This document shows positions 49,620-62,165 of a stretch of 64,000 nucleotides of DNA, one piece after another. The first letter of the stretch is position 1, and each line of letters opens with the position of its first letter. The stretch is from positions 93,744,001-93,808,000 of the forward strand of contig NC_042997.1 in the NCBI RefSeq assembly GCF_006345805.1, given 5' to 3'. The notes under the pieces are model-generated. The model ran no database searches. It was not told the DNA's origin and was given only the letters and a program-made list of their open reading frames with translations. Position numbers and translations under genes: made by a program. This DNA comes from Octopus sinensis (taxonomy: Eukaryota).

Positions 49620-52600
49620 TATATATATATACACACACACTCATTGAGTGTACTTTTTTTTTGGTGGCACTATCAATAGTGAGGTCACCAAGTCCCTCGG
49701 CTGAGTGGAATATATTACAAGTTACATACATACAAGCAATCATACACACATACATGATGGGTTTCCTTCACTTTCCATTAACCTAATCCACTCATAAGGC
49801 TTTGCATTGTTCTGAGACTGAACCTGAAAATGTGATTGATAAGCAAACTTGCATGAAGTTGTTGTCATCGTCGTCATCATCATCATTTAATGTCTGTTTT
49901 CCATGCATGCATAGGTAGGGCAGTTCACAGGAGCTGGCCAGGTAGAAAAACTACCTTATGCTACTCTGTCTGTTTTGGCAGGGTTTTGATTGCTGGAACC
50001 CTTCCTAACACCAACAACTCTGCAGATAGGACAGTGATTTTTATGTGGCACTAGCACAGGTGAAGTTAGCCTGATTTTTACAGCTGGATGCCTTTCCAAA
50101 TGCCAATCACTTTACAGTGGGGACTAGATGCTTTTTACGTGGCACCAGCACTAGCAGAGTCACCAAGTAACGCGCAAAACAAGGAATTATGAGAGGGGCA
50201 AAGGCATTTAAGGAGGGGAGCTCATGTCAGAGGATGAAAGGTTAGAGGGTGACAAAGAGACAGAGAGGCAGAAACAGGTGTCTTGCTATAACGGAGGGGG
50301 CATTAGAGGAGGTGATCCAGTATCAGATGATGAAAGGTTAGAGTGTGACAGAGAAATAGGGAGGCAGAGTAACCATTTCTACTCAAGGCACAAGGCTTGA
50401 AATTTAGGGGAGGGGGTTCAGTCGATTAGATTGACCCCAGTATACAACTGGTACTTAATTTATCGACCCTGAAAAGATGTAAGGCAAAGTTGACTTTGGC
50501 AGAATCTGAACTCAGAATGTAAAGACAGATGAAATAACGCTAAAGGGAGGCAGAATAATAAAAAAAAAAGTTCAAAAGATGCAAATACTTTTTTTTATAT
50601 ATTTAACCATCTCTTCATACAGTAAAAGAAAGATTTTTCAATAAAGTAAATATAGACAAATTAAAATCCTTGAGTTACCTAAAATAATTTTTTAGTTTAG
50701 ATCTAATAAATTATGGATGGACATTTCATATTGTTCCTACATTCTTGACCTACTCTGGATCTTAGATTCATCAACATCATCATCATTTACTGTCTTGTTT
50801 TCCATGCTGGCATGGAATAGATGGTTTGATTAGAACTGGTAAGCTGTTTTGGCTTGGTTTCTATGGCTGGATGCCAACCACTCCACAGAGAGTACTGGGT
50901 GTTTTATGTGTTTCCAACATGGCTGCCTCTTACGTATCACTGGCACAGGTGCCATTTACATGTTACTGGCAGAGATACCATTTACGTGTCACTGGCACAG
51001 GAGCCTTTTATGTGTCACTGGCACAGGTGCCACTTGTCATTGGCATGAGCTGCTTATTATGTGTCAGTGGCACGAGTGCCTTTTATGTGTTGTGATCTCT
51101 ACATGTCACTGGCATGGATATTTTCTATGTGTCACCTCAATTCATATAAAAAAAACCCAGCTAAACTTGTATGGACTTTCATCAAACAAAAAAAAAAAAA
51201 AACACAGAATAACTTATACTTACATGTAGAGCATCTAATTTACTTTCATCTGTGATATATTGTGCTTCTGTAAGAATATAGAAGAGTATTAATATTAGCA
51301 AGTTAACCAGTTGCAAATCATCATTGCTTTTCCATGATCCCATGGATCACAAAATTCAGACTTTTTTTATAGCTGGATGTGTTTACTTTTATCCAACCCT
51401 CAACTGTTTCCAAGCAAGGTAATATTTGTCCAAGGCTGGACATGTTTCCAAGTCAGACTGCTAGTATGATGGTGACACTTTCCCAATGTCAAGATAAGGA
51501 TGCACACACGCATATACATAGTCATATACACACTTATGTAATATTATGCACATATATATCATTATTGTCACTTTGAATTCCACTTATCCATGCTTGCATG
51601 GGTTTGTTGAGGCAAATTTTCTGCAGCTAGATGCTCTTCAAGTCACCAACCCTCACCTGTTTCCAAGCAAGTTAATATTTCTACATGGCCAGATGTGTTT
51701 TTGCAGAATATTGGAATTAAAATTATCACGTGATATGAAGACAAAGACATACACACACATGACCAGCTTCTTTCAGTTTTCACCTAGATCCACTCACAAG
51801 GCTTTGGAAAGTCTGGAGTTATAGTGGAAGACTATAAGCCCAAGGTGCCACATAGTGGGATTGAACCTGAAATCTTGTAATTGAGAAGCAAAGTTCTTAA
51901 CCTCACAGACATGCCTGCAAGCACACATGCATGCACATCTTTTAGCTGGTGTAGTAGAAACAAAACAACCAAGTCTGTAACTTGAACTGAATTGGTTGTA
52001 ATAATATTTTCTAGCCTTATAAGGATCAGAAATCTTTGTTGAATATAATTTAGGTTTTATCTTGCTGTTGTATTGATACTGATTTCTTCCTTGTTCAGAT
52101 TAGTCGTTTTTGAGGTGAATATAAAAAAGATTTGCATAGAAGAAGAGCAAATTGACAATGTATCATAAAAGGAGAAGCTATTATACACAACTATGATTGA
52201 TAAGCATATTTGCATTCGAATCTGCCATAATGTATTAAAAATAAATATGCAAGTCATCACTTTGAATCTTACTGTTCTCCATACAAGTGATAATTTATTA
52301 TTAGTTGGAAGATATTGGTACAAACCAATAAACAGCTTCTTCGCTAAAATTATAAAGAAAAGCCACCAACTCTTGTTTAGACTTAAAGGTCTGGGTGTTT
52401 CTGGCTGACAAGGCACATGTTGCACATACTTGATATACATCAGTTATTTAAATGCCAGAAGCTGTGATTTATCATCTGGGAAAATCCCTTTCAGGATGTA
52501 TTGTGTTAAAAAGCACAATGTAGCTCAGAGTCAGGCAAAATGAAATTGCCCCAGAAGTGATCATGAAAGTCACTGCAATATGCAGATTATGCAATAGAAG

Positions 52601-53730
52601 CAGCTTATAATGTAAACATTACCAATACCATATATATATATATATATTTTCTTTTACTCATTTCAGCCATGCGGCTGTGGTTATGCTGGAGCACCACGAT
52701 GGGGTCATGTTGGAGCCAACACACGCACGTGCGCACACACACACACACACACATTGTGATCCCCTTCAATCATAAATGATCATGGGATTGCACCTAGAAA
52801 GTTACCCTCTCAGGCACAGGTCTGGGCAAGGTTATTTATGGAAGACCAGCAGTCGCACATGCATACCGGCCTCTCCTCTCCACGCCACTGATGTTATCCA
52901 AAGGAACGGCAAAGGCCGATACAGCTTGGCACCAGTGATGTTGCAACTCATTTATTAACGTGCAAGTGGCTGAGCACTCCACAGACACGTGTCTGTACCC
53001 TTAACGTAGTTCTCGGGGAGATTCAGCGTGACACAGAGTGTGACAAGGCTGGCCCTTTGAAGTGCAGGTACAACAGAAACAGGAAGAAAGAATGAGAGAA
53101 AGTTGTAGTGAAAGAGTACAGCAGGGTTCATCCCCCCCCCCCCCTGCCGGAGCCTTGTGGAGCTTTAGGTGTTTTCGCTCAATAAACACTCACAATGCCT
53201 GGTCTGGGAATTGAAACTGCGATCCTACGACTGTGAGTCCACTGCCCTAACCACTGGGCCATTGCACCTCCACACACATTATATATATATATATATATAT
53301 TATATAAGGGGTGCTGAAAAGTTCCTGGCTTTAAGGGCATCGAGAAAGGCCTGGTTAGAGTCCCAACCATCTGAATTCTTTTACAGGGCTTAGAAACACT
53401 GAAGAACTGTTGCAATAAGTGTGTGAATCTGAGAGGGGAATATGTTGAATAAAATCAATTAACTGGTCCCCCTGTATTTTCTTTTATCTAAAGCCAGGAA
53501 CTTTTCAGCACCTCTTATACACACACACACACATGCATGTATATCATCATCGTTTAATGTCTACTTTTCTATGCTTGCACAGGCATCTATAAATAAAACC
53601 AACACCTGCTGTTGATAAGAATTTACACCATAAACTATTCAATCCCTTATCCACTCAGTTATTCTCTCTCTACATACACAATATTGATTATTTTTCTCAC
53701 ATAAGTAATTAACGTATTCAATTCACTTAC

Positions 53731-54511
53731 CAATGTGTTTTCTTTTTGAAGGACTTGCATATGTTAAATCATTAAACTGGCAACTATTTCCATGTGATTG
53801 ATTGTCTAGAGAATCTATTTGATATGTAGAAAACGTTCTTTTGTTGGAATTATTGTTCGAATGATGTGTGTTTCTTAATTCAGGCTTGTGTAGCACTTTT
53901 GCAGTAGAAGTAACAACTTCATTTGAATTCAAATTTACAGAGTTAGAATCATTGTCATCACTAGAATAGCCTTGTGGTACAGGAAGGTTGGAATCAGCAT
54001 TATAGTTGAAGACACTAATTTCAGATAAAGCCGGCTCATTCGGTGGAGACAGTTGACAACTTTCATGAGCTGTTGATGTAACAAGAAAAGATGGTGCTAC
54101 ACATTTTCTTTTGTTATTGCTATTTGATTCTTGGCTGCTATCACAATCGCTGATTTTTAATACATTTCTTTTTAGATCATTTTCAAAATGATCGAATGAT
54201 GAGCTAAATCCATATTCGTCATTAGCGGTACTGGTGACTGTTAAAACAGTATCCTGTGAACATAGAGGTTCATTTACATTGTGGTCATTTTCATACTGAT
54301 TAGCTGGTTGGATATCACACTGGTCAGCTGCCTCATCTGAGGGAAGAGCAAGGTTATGGAGTCGTGTTTCTTCTTCAATATCACTGTCACTTGAGTGTGA
54401 TGTTATTCTTGGATTGCTCTGGGATGGAAGTAAGACATCTTCAGCTACCAAATTATTTTCTGACTGATGTTCATGAGGTAGACACAAATTAGAAGCCATT
54501 GTTTCATCAGC
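53731..54511 (-). CDS. Uncharacterised gene, large Ser/Asn/Asp-rich exon
   Basis: ttccaag|ADETMASNLCLPHE...SPSKRKHI-G|gtaagt; 781 nt open frame in AT-rich DNA (ORF 53723-54499); low complexity, probably disordered. Confidence 0.8.
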
Positions 54512-54690
54512 CTTGGAATAAAATTGAATAGAAAACTAGTAAAATGAGATAAAAAACAGGAAATTATGAAAACATTTCCAAAGTAGTGTTCTTTCTTAAT
54601 ATTCATTCTTTACAAACTAAAAAAAATGTATCTTTACATGTCTATATTAGACTAAAAAAAGTAGATTGGATGGAATAACGAGCTGATTAA

Positions 54691-54911
54691 CCCTTTCGTT
54701 ACAGTATTTATTTTGAGATGCTTTGTGTTTCTTTCAATTACTTTAAATATAACAAAGAATTTAGTAAAATAACTTAGTTATCATTAAGTTAGTGTTAGGA
54801 ACATAAATTGTGACTAAGGTTTGGTGGAAGATTTTAATTCAGAACTTATGAAAACAAGACATTTGTACTACAGGCCCAGAGCCGGTTTCAGCCGGGTTGG
54901 TAACAAAAGAG
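54691..54911. mobile_element. piggyBac-like MITE (second copy 58049-58270)
   Basis: TTAA|CCCTTTCGTTAC...GTAACAAAAGAG|TTAA; a closely similar copy is also TTAA-flanked. Confidence 0.8.
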
Positions 54912-55495
54912 TTAAATAAAGAAATAAGAAATGACAAAGTTGGAGAAAATAGTGCAGAAAGGAAAAATAAGCAAACCCATACCAACATAGGAAAATGAGA
55001 GATAACAATATGAAAATCTTTAATTCTAAACCTAATTTCCTTTGCAATACCCTCAGCACAAATGATGGAGAAAGTTACCTGTACCCTTGTGACTAAAGCA
55101 AATCAAAGTCATATACTAAGACATATACAATCAAAGACATATACTAACAAATAGGAGAAATGGTACAGTTGACTTAGGAGGGGTTTAAAATCTGAATGTA
55201 ACCAAGTACCACAAATACAGAATAGAAGCATTAAGCAATGATGTGTATAGATATAAACTTGCAACCAGTTCAAATATGCTTGAGGTATATTCAAACCTGT
55301 AAGAAAGCCATTCACTGTATTTTGCTACAGGAAAAATTTCTTGTTGTAGACAAATAGGTGTAAACATAACAAGTCAGTTTGAAGCACCTACTTCTAGACT
55401 GATAGATGCATGCATTTCAGATGGATGCACAATGATGTTTTTACTGACCATTGCTATGTTGCCATGCATATTAACAAAAAGGAAAAAACATTTAC

Positions 55496-55597
55496 CTGTG
55501 AAATAGTTTGTTGTTGGGCTTCCTCTTCAGGATTGGTTTCTAGAATAAAAACCCAATGAGAATCAGTTATCTTCATTTCTTTCAAGAAAGGAAATTT
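55496..55597 (-). CDS. Uncharacterised gene exon
   Basis: atttcag|KFPFLKEMKITDSHWVFILETNPEEEAQQQTISQ|gtaaat; 102 nt, phase 0. Confidence 0.75.
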
Positions 55598-56011
55598 CTG
55601 AAATGTTCTTAAATATAAAACATGCACAGGATTTATCATTGGCAACTGAAAAGTATATCAACCAACTTTTCAGTAAAGAAATATAACATGAGGAAAGACA
55701 TTAAATACTAAGTCATCGTCTTTAAGTCACTATTGACTATTCCATTGCTTCATATTGTTCAGTATGTCTTATCAACTGTAGATGAGAAATTACAAACACT
55801 GAGTGGACAATGTATTAATATTCCATTACTGGGACACAAACACTGTCAGTGCTGGGATCACAGAAAGTAGTAATTCTATGATAAAATATGCTTTAGGGTT
55901 TCTTTCTCAATACATGTTTAATCCAATTCCGTCTTTTCCTTTTTATTTCTTGGCTTATCTGGGGGACTTGGGTTACACAACAATAATTGGACAGAATGAT
56001 CAACTACTTAC

Positions 56012-56019
56012 ATTTCTAG
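56012..56019 (-). CDS. 8-nt microexon (CTAGAAAT)
   Basis: cctgttttctctttctatag|CTAGAAAT|gtaagt. It converts phase 1 to phase 0, as required to join the flanking exons (N-A-R-N-K). Confidence 0.6.
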
Positions 56020-56243
56020 CTATAGAAAGAGAAAACAGGAGGATAAATTTAAAAGATTAATTTGTTACAAGAAGAGAGATTTAAAATGTAAGTCTGCATA
56101 GGATCAGTATAAAGTTTCTCTGATGTCTTTTCGCATGCTTAAATTGAATTTTGGTTTAATTCTTGGCTTTCATAATTTTGCTTTGTCCTGTATTTATGAG
56201 CATAGATACAAGCATATTTAAATGTCAACAATAGTGAACTCAC

Positions 56244-56323
56244 CATTTTGATTTAAAATGACTGAAGGATTTCCTGGAATTATTTCATCTGATGATGATG
56301 ATGCATTTGGTTGTGGAACAATA
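56244..56323 (-). CDS. Uncharacterised gene exon
   Basis: caacag|T (C)IVPQPNASSSSDEIIPGNPSVILNQN-G|gtgagt; phase 2 to 1. An alternative in-frame acceptor lies 9 nt upstream (exon start 56332). Confidence 0.6.
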
Positions 56324-58373
56324 CTGTTGTCACTTTGATGGAGAAAAGACTTTACATTAATAGATGATCACAAGATGAACAGAAATTTAAACCACATATA
56401 TTATACTTTTAGTAAAATAGTTTATAATATTTTATAATTTACAGTTATACACTCCATCACACTGATGAGATTTAAGAGGGATATTCAGTACAATGGAGTT
56501 TATATTTTACTAAAGATGTTGTAATCAAGAGCATAATATATTTTATTTGAATGAAAAGTAGGCATGCTAATGTAATGGCTGAACCTCATCTTTAGAATGG
56601 CATGTCAAAAGCACAATGATGTCAAAAAGTGCTAACCACTATGGGGATTTCCTACATAGTATTTTCTAACTTGGAGTAATTATAAAAATACTTGACGTCA
56701 TTTGACTTTTATGTGTCACACCATTGTATGAAATGATAAACTGAATTGCATTGCTGTTTATGCAATTTATTTTGTAGAATGTTGTTCAATTTGTAACTGC
56801 AATTTTATGATCATATTGAGTTAATTAGAGAGAATTATTGTGCTGAAATCTTGAACAGTATGCCATGGTTAAAGTTGACTTATCCTAAATATCTGAATTT
56901 AAAAAACAGAAAGATTTGTAACTTGATGTTGTTGTTTAACCCCAGGTTAGCCTCAATCAAGCCTTGATATCTGGTACTTTTCTGTATTCAAGAAGACCCA
57001 TCCACTAAGACAAAATTAATACTGGTGTTGGTGCCACATAGAAAGCACCCAGTACACTCTGTAAAGTGGTTGGCATTAAGAAGGGCATCCAGCCATAGAA
57101 ACCATGCCACAACAGACAGTGATACCTGGTGTGACCAGGGGCTTTACCAGCTATGGTCAAACCATCCACCCCATGCCAGTATGGAAAACAGATGTATGAT
57201 GATGGGGATGATGATGATGATGATAAGGAGTGTGATTTGTAGGAAATCTGGTTTCTATTACTAGAGGTTTCAATAACAACCTTTTATAAAACATATAGTC
57301 CCATTTTAAGAACAGCAGTTGAAATGCCAATAAAGGAATTCTGTTACATTATTAGTTGGAAAACATACAAGATAGAGCAAGATAAAAAAAAATTACTTTT
57401 AGATGGTTGGGCTTTGCAGATGAATACAGACAGAATGCAAACTCATATTTTGAGATACCATACTTCAGAGTGATGTAGAAACTGTAGTGGTATGTAGATT
57501 AGCTTGTCATGTGTGATTTAGCAAATTCACCCCCCCCATTTATAAACAAATGAAATGAAAAACCACAGTAATACATCAGTAATGGCTAGTAATATTTAAT
57601 AAATGTCACTAGGTGTAATTCATCAACAGAAATTTAATTCAGAACATTTCTGGTAAAAAAGACAAAAAGTATATATTTTATGGCTTAGTCAGGGAAGGAA
57701 AAGAGCGACACATTTACTTTTTTTGGGGCTTCAAACTAATGAGAGTAACATATCTTTAAATTCAAGGGCTGGTCTCAGTTCTTGCAACAAAGTGGACTCT
57801 GCTAAAGAAACTCAATAGCCACCATGCCTGCAGTTAGTGTTAAACTAGAATTAGTTTAACATCCATTTTCTTCATTTGGTAGAAAGAAAAAGAAAAATGT
57901 ACCAGCACATTAACCCACTGAATTGAATTCAGTCTGAACTAATAGCCCATGAATCATTGCTATAGATCAATGAAAATCAAAAGAGCATTTATGTGTAACA
58001 TCTACAGCTCATTCCTCTGTTGGCTCTACTATGACAAGGTTTATTTAACTCTTTCATTATCATATTTATTTTGAGATGCTCTGTGTTTCTTTCAATCAAT
58101 TTTAAATATAACAAAGAATTTAGTAAAATAACTTAGTTACCATTAAGCTAGTGTTATGAACATAAATTGTGACTAAGGTATGGTGGAAGATTTTAATTCA
58201 GAACTTCTGAAAATAAGACATTTGTACTACAGAGCCAGAGGGAGTTTCATCTGGGTTGGTATCGAAAGGGTTAAGTCTGTCTGAATATAAGGTTAACGTA
58301 GAAACAAATCTATGTTTATTGTATGTTATTTGAGATAAAATGTTATTAAAATATACACTGAAGAAAACATTAC

Positions 58374-58435
58374 CATGGTTCTCTATTGTTCACTGTAGTG
58401 GTTTGCTGTAGTTCGTTGTCATGGTCATCGATATG
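58374..58435 (-). CDS. Uncharacterised gene exon (62 nt)
   Basis: ttttttacag|HIDDHDNELQQTTTVNNREP-TG|gtaatg; the other two frames hit stops; phase 0 to 2. Confidence 0.7.
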
Positions 58436-58521
58436 CTGTAAAAAATATATTATATTATCATCATCATCATCATCGTTTAACGTCCGTTCTCCATGCTAGC
58501 ATGGGTTGGACGGTTCGACCG

Positions 58522-58567
<46 letters not shown>

Positions 58568-58750
58568 GCATAAAATATTTGACTTTAATTTAAGAATAAC
58601 TCATTAAATTCATGGATTTAAGAATATGCAATTTTGTGGTATCCATTTCTTTTCAATGTGCTCATGATGCAATTAAGATGGCTCCAACTAGGAATTCAAG
58701 ATGAGCCATAGATGACAACAGACTACTATATCGAAGTATCTGACACTTAC

Positions 58751-58790
58751 ATTCATAGTGACTATTTTAACTCCAGAAATCATTTCATAA
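58751..58790 (-). CDS. Uncharacterised gene exon (40 nt)
   Basis: tctacag|T (C)YEMISGVKIVTMN|gtaagt; phase 2 to 0. Confidence 0.65.
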
Positions 58791-59485
58791 CTGTAGACGA
58801 CTCTTACACAAAATACTTCCCACTGCAACAGCTATCTTGCAAAGGAACTATTGCAGAAAATGTCACAAAGCAGGATTATTCTTTCTCTGACAATAAAAAG
58901 GGAAAATTAGCTGCCACTTGCAATATGTACAAGCCTAATAGCATGTAGAAATTGTTTAAGGTGCCTTTGTGACCACGACTCTCGGCCCAGAACACTGAGA
59001 GTGCAATAGCTGTAGAAAAAGCTGCACCACAGTTTGCTGGTACTCTTTTTTAGCTGAGTAGATTGGAGCAATGTGAAATGATGTAACTTGTACTGCTTGG
59101 TCCAGGAATCAAACCTATGTAAGGTCAATACCTTAACTAGTAAACCACACACTTTCTACAAAATAATCCATAAAAATATTTAGGATAGTTTCTCAAAGTT
59201 ATCTTCACTGCAATGTTGGATGCATATGGCAAAAAAGAAAACAAAAAATTCATTCTGAGTGTTTACAGGAATTACACGAAAGTATAAAAGTAACAAATTA
59301 ACATTTCACAACATTCCACTTACTTTTGAATGGGAGCTAATGATTTGGGATACTGAACTTGCAGACAGAACTGAATTTTGGTGCCATTCTTTAAAAAATG
59401 AATAATGGAAGAAAGCATTAGAATGAATTAAATATATATCTCTATATATATATTCTCAAAATTCAAATAATGAGAGAAACTATAC

Positions 59486-59600
59486 CAACCAGGAATTTCT
59501 TCTAATATCTTGTTTTCTTCAGGCTTGATCACAAAATCTTCACTACATAATGTTGTTATTGTATTTTGTAAGATTTCAAAGGAAACATTCTTGAGTAAAT
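59486..59600 (-). CDS. Uncharacterised gene exon
   Basis: ttgttacag|AT (D)LLKNVSFEILQNTITTLCSEDFVIKPEENKILEEIPG-TG|gtatag; phase 1 to 2, matches both neighbours. Confidence 0.7.
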
Positions 59601-59861
59601 CTGTAACAAAATTTCAGAAACAGAATGCAATGAAACTATTTTCATATTTATTGCGATGTTACATTTCTAAGCTTTGATTATTGTAGGATAGTCTTTTTAT
59701 GTGAACACAAGAATTGTGATATAAACTAGCAATATAACAAGAGTGCATTTTGCACCAAAAGCTAATATTTGAGTTTTCTCTTATGGTATCTGCTGCAGTA
59801 TAGTTTGTTCTAACAGAACAGCCACATTTACCTCTTGGTATTAATATTGCCCCCCACACTA

Positions 59862-59922
<61 letters not shown>

Positions 59923-61962
59923 CATATATATATATTAATAACATCTGCATTGTATAATATATGCTATAATCACTTTCATAATTATCACTTGCATATGAGA
60001 ATAGCCCAGTAGCTTGTACCATGTATTTTGCTAATTGTTTTAGATGACTAAAACATATAGACACTGTCTTGGCTCTATCTCCCTTGTCTTTGTAGAACAC
60101 TTAGGATGAAAAAGCTGGTAGGAGGAATTTTTCAGCACAGTAGACTTGGAAAATATGAAATCATGTGCATTTTCACACAGAGCATGCTGCCCAGTCCAGG
60201 AATCAAACTCATGGCCTAATGATTGTCAGTCCAATACCATAGCCAACACAAGTTGTCGAATAGTAAGAGGAGGGCACAAACACAAACATGCACACAAATG
60301 TAGTTACATGATGGGCTACCATAATTTCTGTCTATCAAATTCACTCATAAGGCATTGCTCAGCCTGAGGCTATAGTAGAAGACACTTATCCAAGGTGCTG
60401 TGCAGTGGGACTGAGCCCTAAATTGCATTGTTGTAAAGTGAGATTCTTAACCACAACACTACTTAGTATAGAAATAGAAATAGTACCAAGTATTATTATT
60501 ACATAGATTTTAAGCAAGGCAGAAACAATTATTAAACATTTTAGAAATGTCATGGGATAAGTAATTTTCAGATAATAGGGGACAATGAAAGGATCTAAAA
60601 GTTATTTTATAAGGAAGTTATGATCCATCATTAGCTCATACAAATATAATCATGTTGAGGTAAACTAATTACAAATAAAATAAAAAATTTCTGGAATAGA
60701 TAAAAATAAACATCTCCTTTTTTTGTAGCATTTATAATGAATATATCTTATTCCAATATTTTAAAATTTTGCTAATTGGCAAATAAAAATAAGTAAAGTG
60801 ATAGTTTCCTTGTCAAACAAGATTTCTGCAAATGAATAGAGTATGCCAAAATGCCCCTAAGCACCAGGCGGTGGTTTTACAAGAGAGTAGCTAGAAGCTA
60901 AAGGTATGGTAGGATTTGAACCCAGGACATACAGAGCTGAAAGAAATACTACAAAGCATGCAGTCCAATGCTCTAATGATTCTGCCAAAATATGGGAGTG
61001 TGTGTGTGTATATATATATATATATCAGTCAGTAGTTCATATATCTGTAAAAGAAGCACACTCTAAAACATTAAAGCAGTAATGTTTAGAAGGTTGTTTG
61101 TTACGGCTAGTCAGAGAGTGACCATTGGTTTCAAACCTATATAGCACTTAGCTGTATAGGTAACTTGTCAGACACAAATGGCAGGAGGTACAAGCCTGAC
61201 AAGTCACCTAGAGAGCTAAGCACTTTATAGGTGTGAAACCAGTGGTCATTACAAACAACCTTATAATGATGCTGGAAGGATAAAGGCAAAGTCAGTCTCC
61301 ATGGGATTTGATCTCAAAATGGAAGAAGCTAGAGCAAATACATGTGTATTATCACGAGAGAATTACACAAATATATTAGAGTGGTAGTTATCATTATTTC
61401 ACATTTCAAAATAACTTTACAGTTGGATGCCATTTTTATAGTTAACAATACATCCATAAAATATAAGCACTTAAGCAGAGTAATAACTTGCACTGCTGTT
61501 AACATGATTTTTTTGGGGCGTTAGTAAGGGCATCCAGCTGTAGAAACACTGCCAGATCAGACTGGGCCTGGCACAGCCTTCTGGCTTCCCAGACCCCAGT
61601 TGAACCGTCCAACCCATGCTAGCATGGAAAACAGACGTTAAACGATGATGATGATGATGAATTCTAAGACTCATAGGGATAGTTATCTGGTTTCCATGGG
61701 GGTAAAAGTCACTGAGATTACAACATACCCCTCAGCAGGACACCAGTCCATAGTAGGGTCAATAATTTACAACTGAGTGGACTGGAGCAACATGAAATGA
61801 GGTGTTTCATGCAAAAACACAACAAACTGCCTAGTCCAGGAATTGAAATCATGATCTTGTGAGTGTAACACACTAAACCACTAGGCTATGTGCTTAAACC
61901 TCACAATCAATGCCCAATCCCCACTGTTATGCTACACAAATGTTTCAAGTAGACTAACTTAC

Positions 61963-62165
61963 CGCAATTGAGTAACGTGTCTGCTTCTACTGGATCTTCT
62001 GTCGATGACAAACACTCTTCTCCCATTGCTTTCAGCAACAAAGTCAAGTTCCCCTCAGATTCTTCCTCCTCACTGTCAATTTCTTCTTCCTCATTCTCAA
62101 TTTCTTCCTCCTCATTGTCAGTTTCTTCCTCAATATTCTCAGAATTCGCACGAAAAAGCATGGCA
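61963..62165 (-). CDS. Uncharacterised gene, acidic exon (upstream exons not found in window)
   Basis: aatatcag|T GCC ATG... AMLFRANSENIEEETDNEEEEIENEEEEIDSEEEESEGNLTLLLKAMGEECLSSTEDPVEADTLLNC-G|gtaagt; phase 2 to 1. Confidence 0.75.

Noticed and set aside
48045-51115. Regularly spaced GC-rich repeats as a CRISPR-like array
   Set aside because: The units are degenerate tandem copies inside SINEs with no unique spacers, the context is eukaryotic, and there are no cas genes.
52057-52440. 127-aa hydrophobic minus-strand ORF
   Set aside because: An in-frame stop lies two codons upstream, there is no good acceptor and no recognisable motif. It is more likely 3' UTR of the unidentified gene.
56105-56188. 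Extra exon after a 55-nt intron (TKQNYEKPRIKPKFNLSMRKDIRETLY*)
   Set aside because: The phase-compatible frame stops after 16 codons with no donor, and the other frame needs a different upstream exon. The microexon model is more parsimonious.
58712-60100. ORFs 58712-58948 (+), 59659-59925 (-) and 59828-60100 (-) as exons
   Set aside because: The first is antisense to a better-supported 40-nt exon. The others lack phase-compatible strong splice sites and are not needed to keep the frame.
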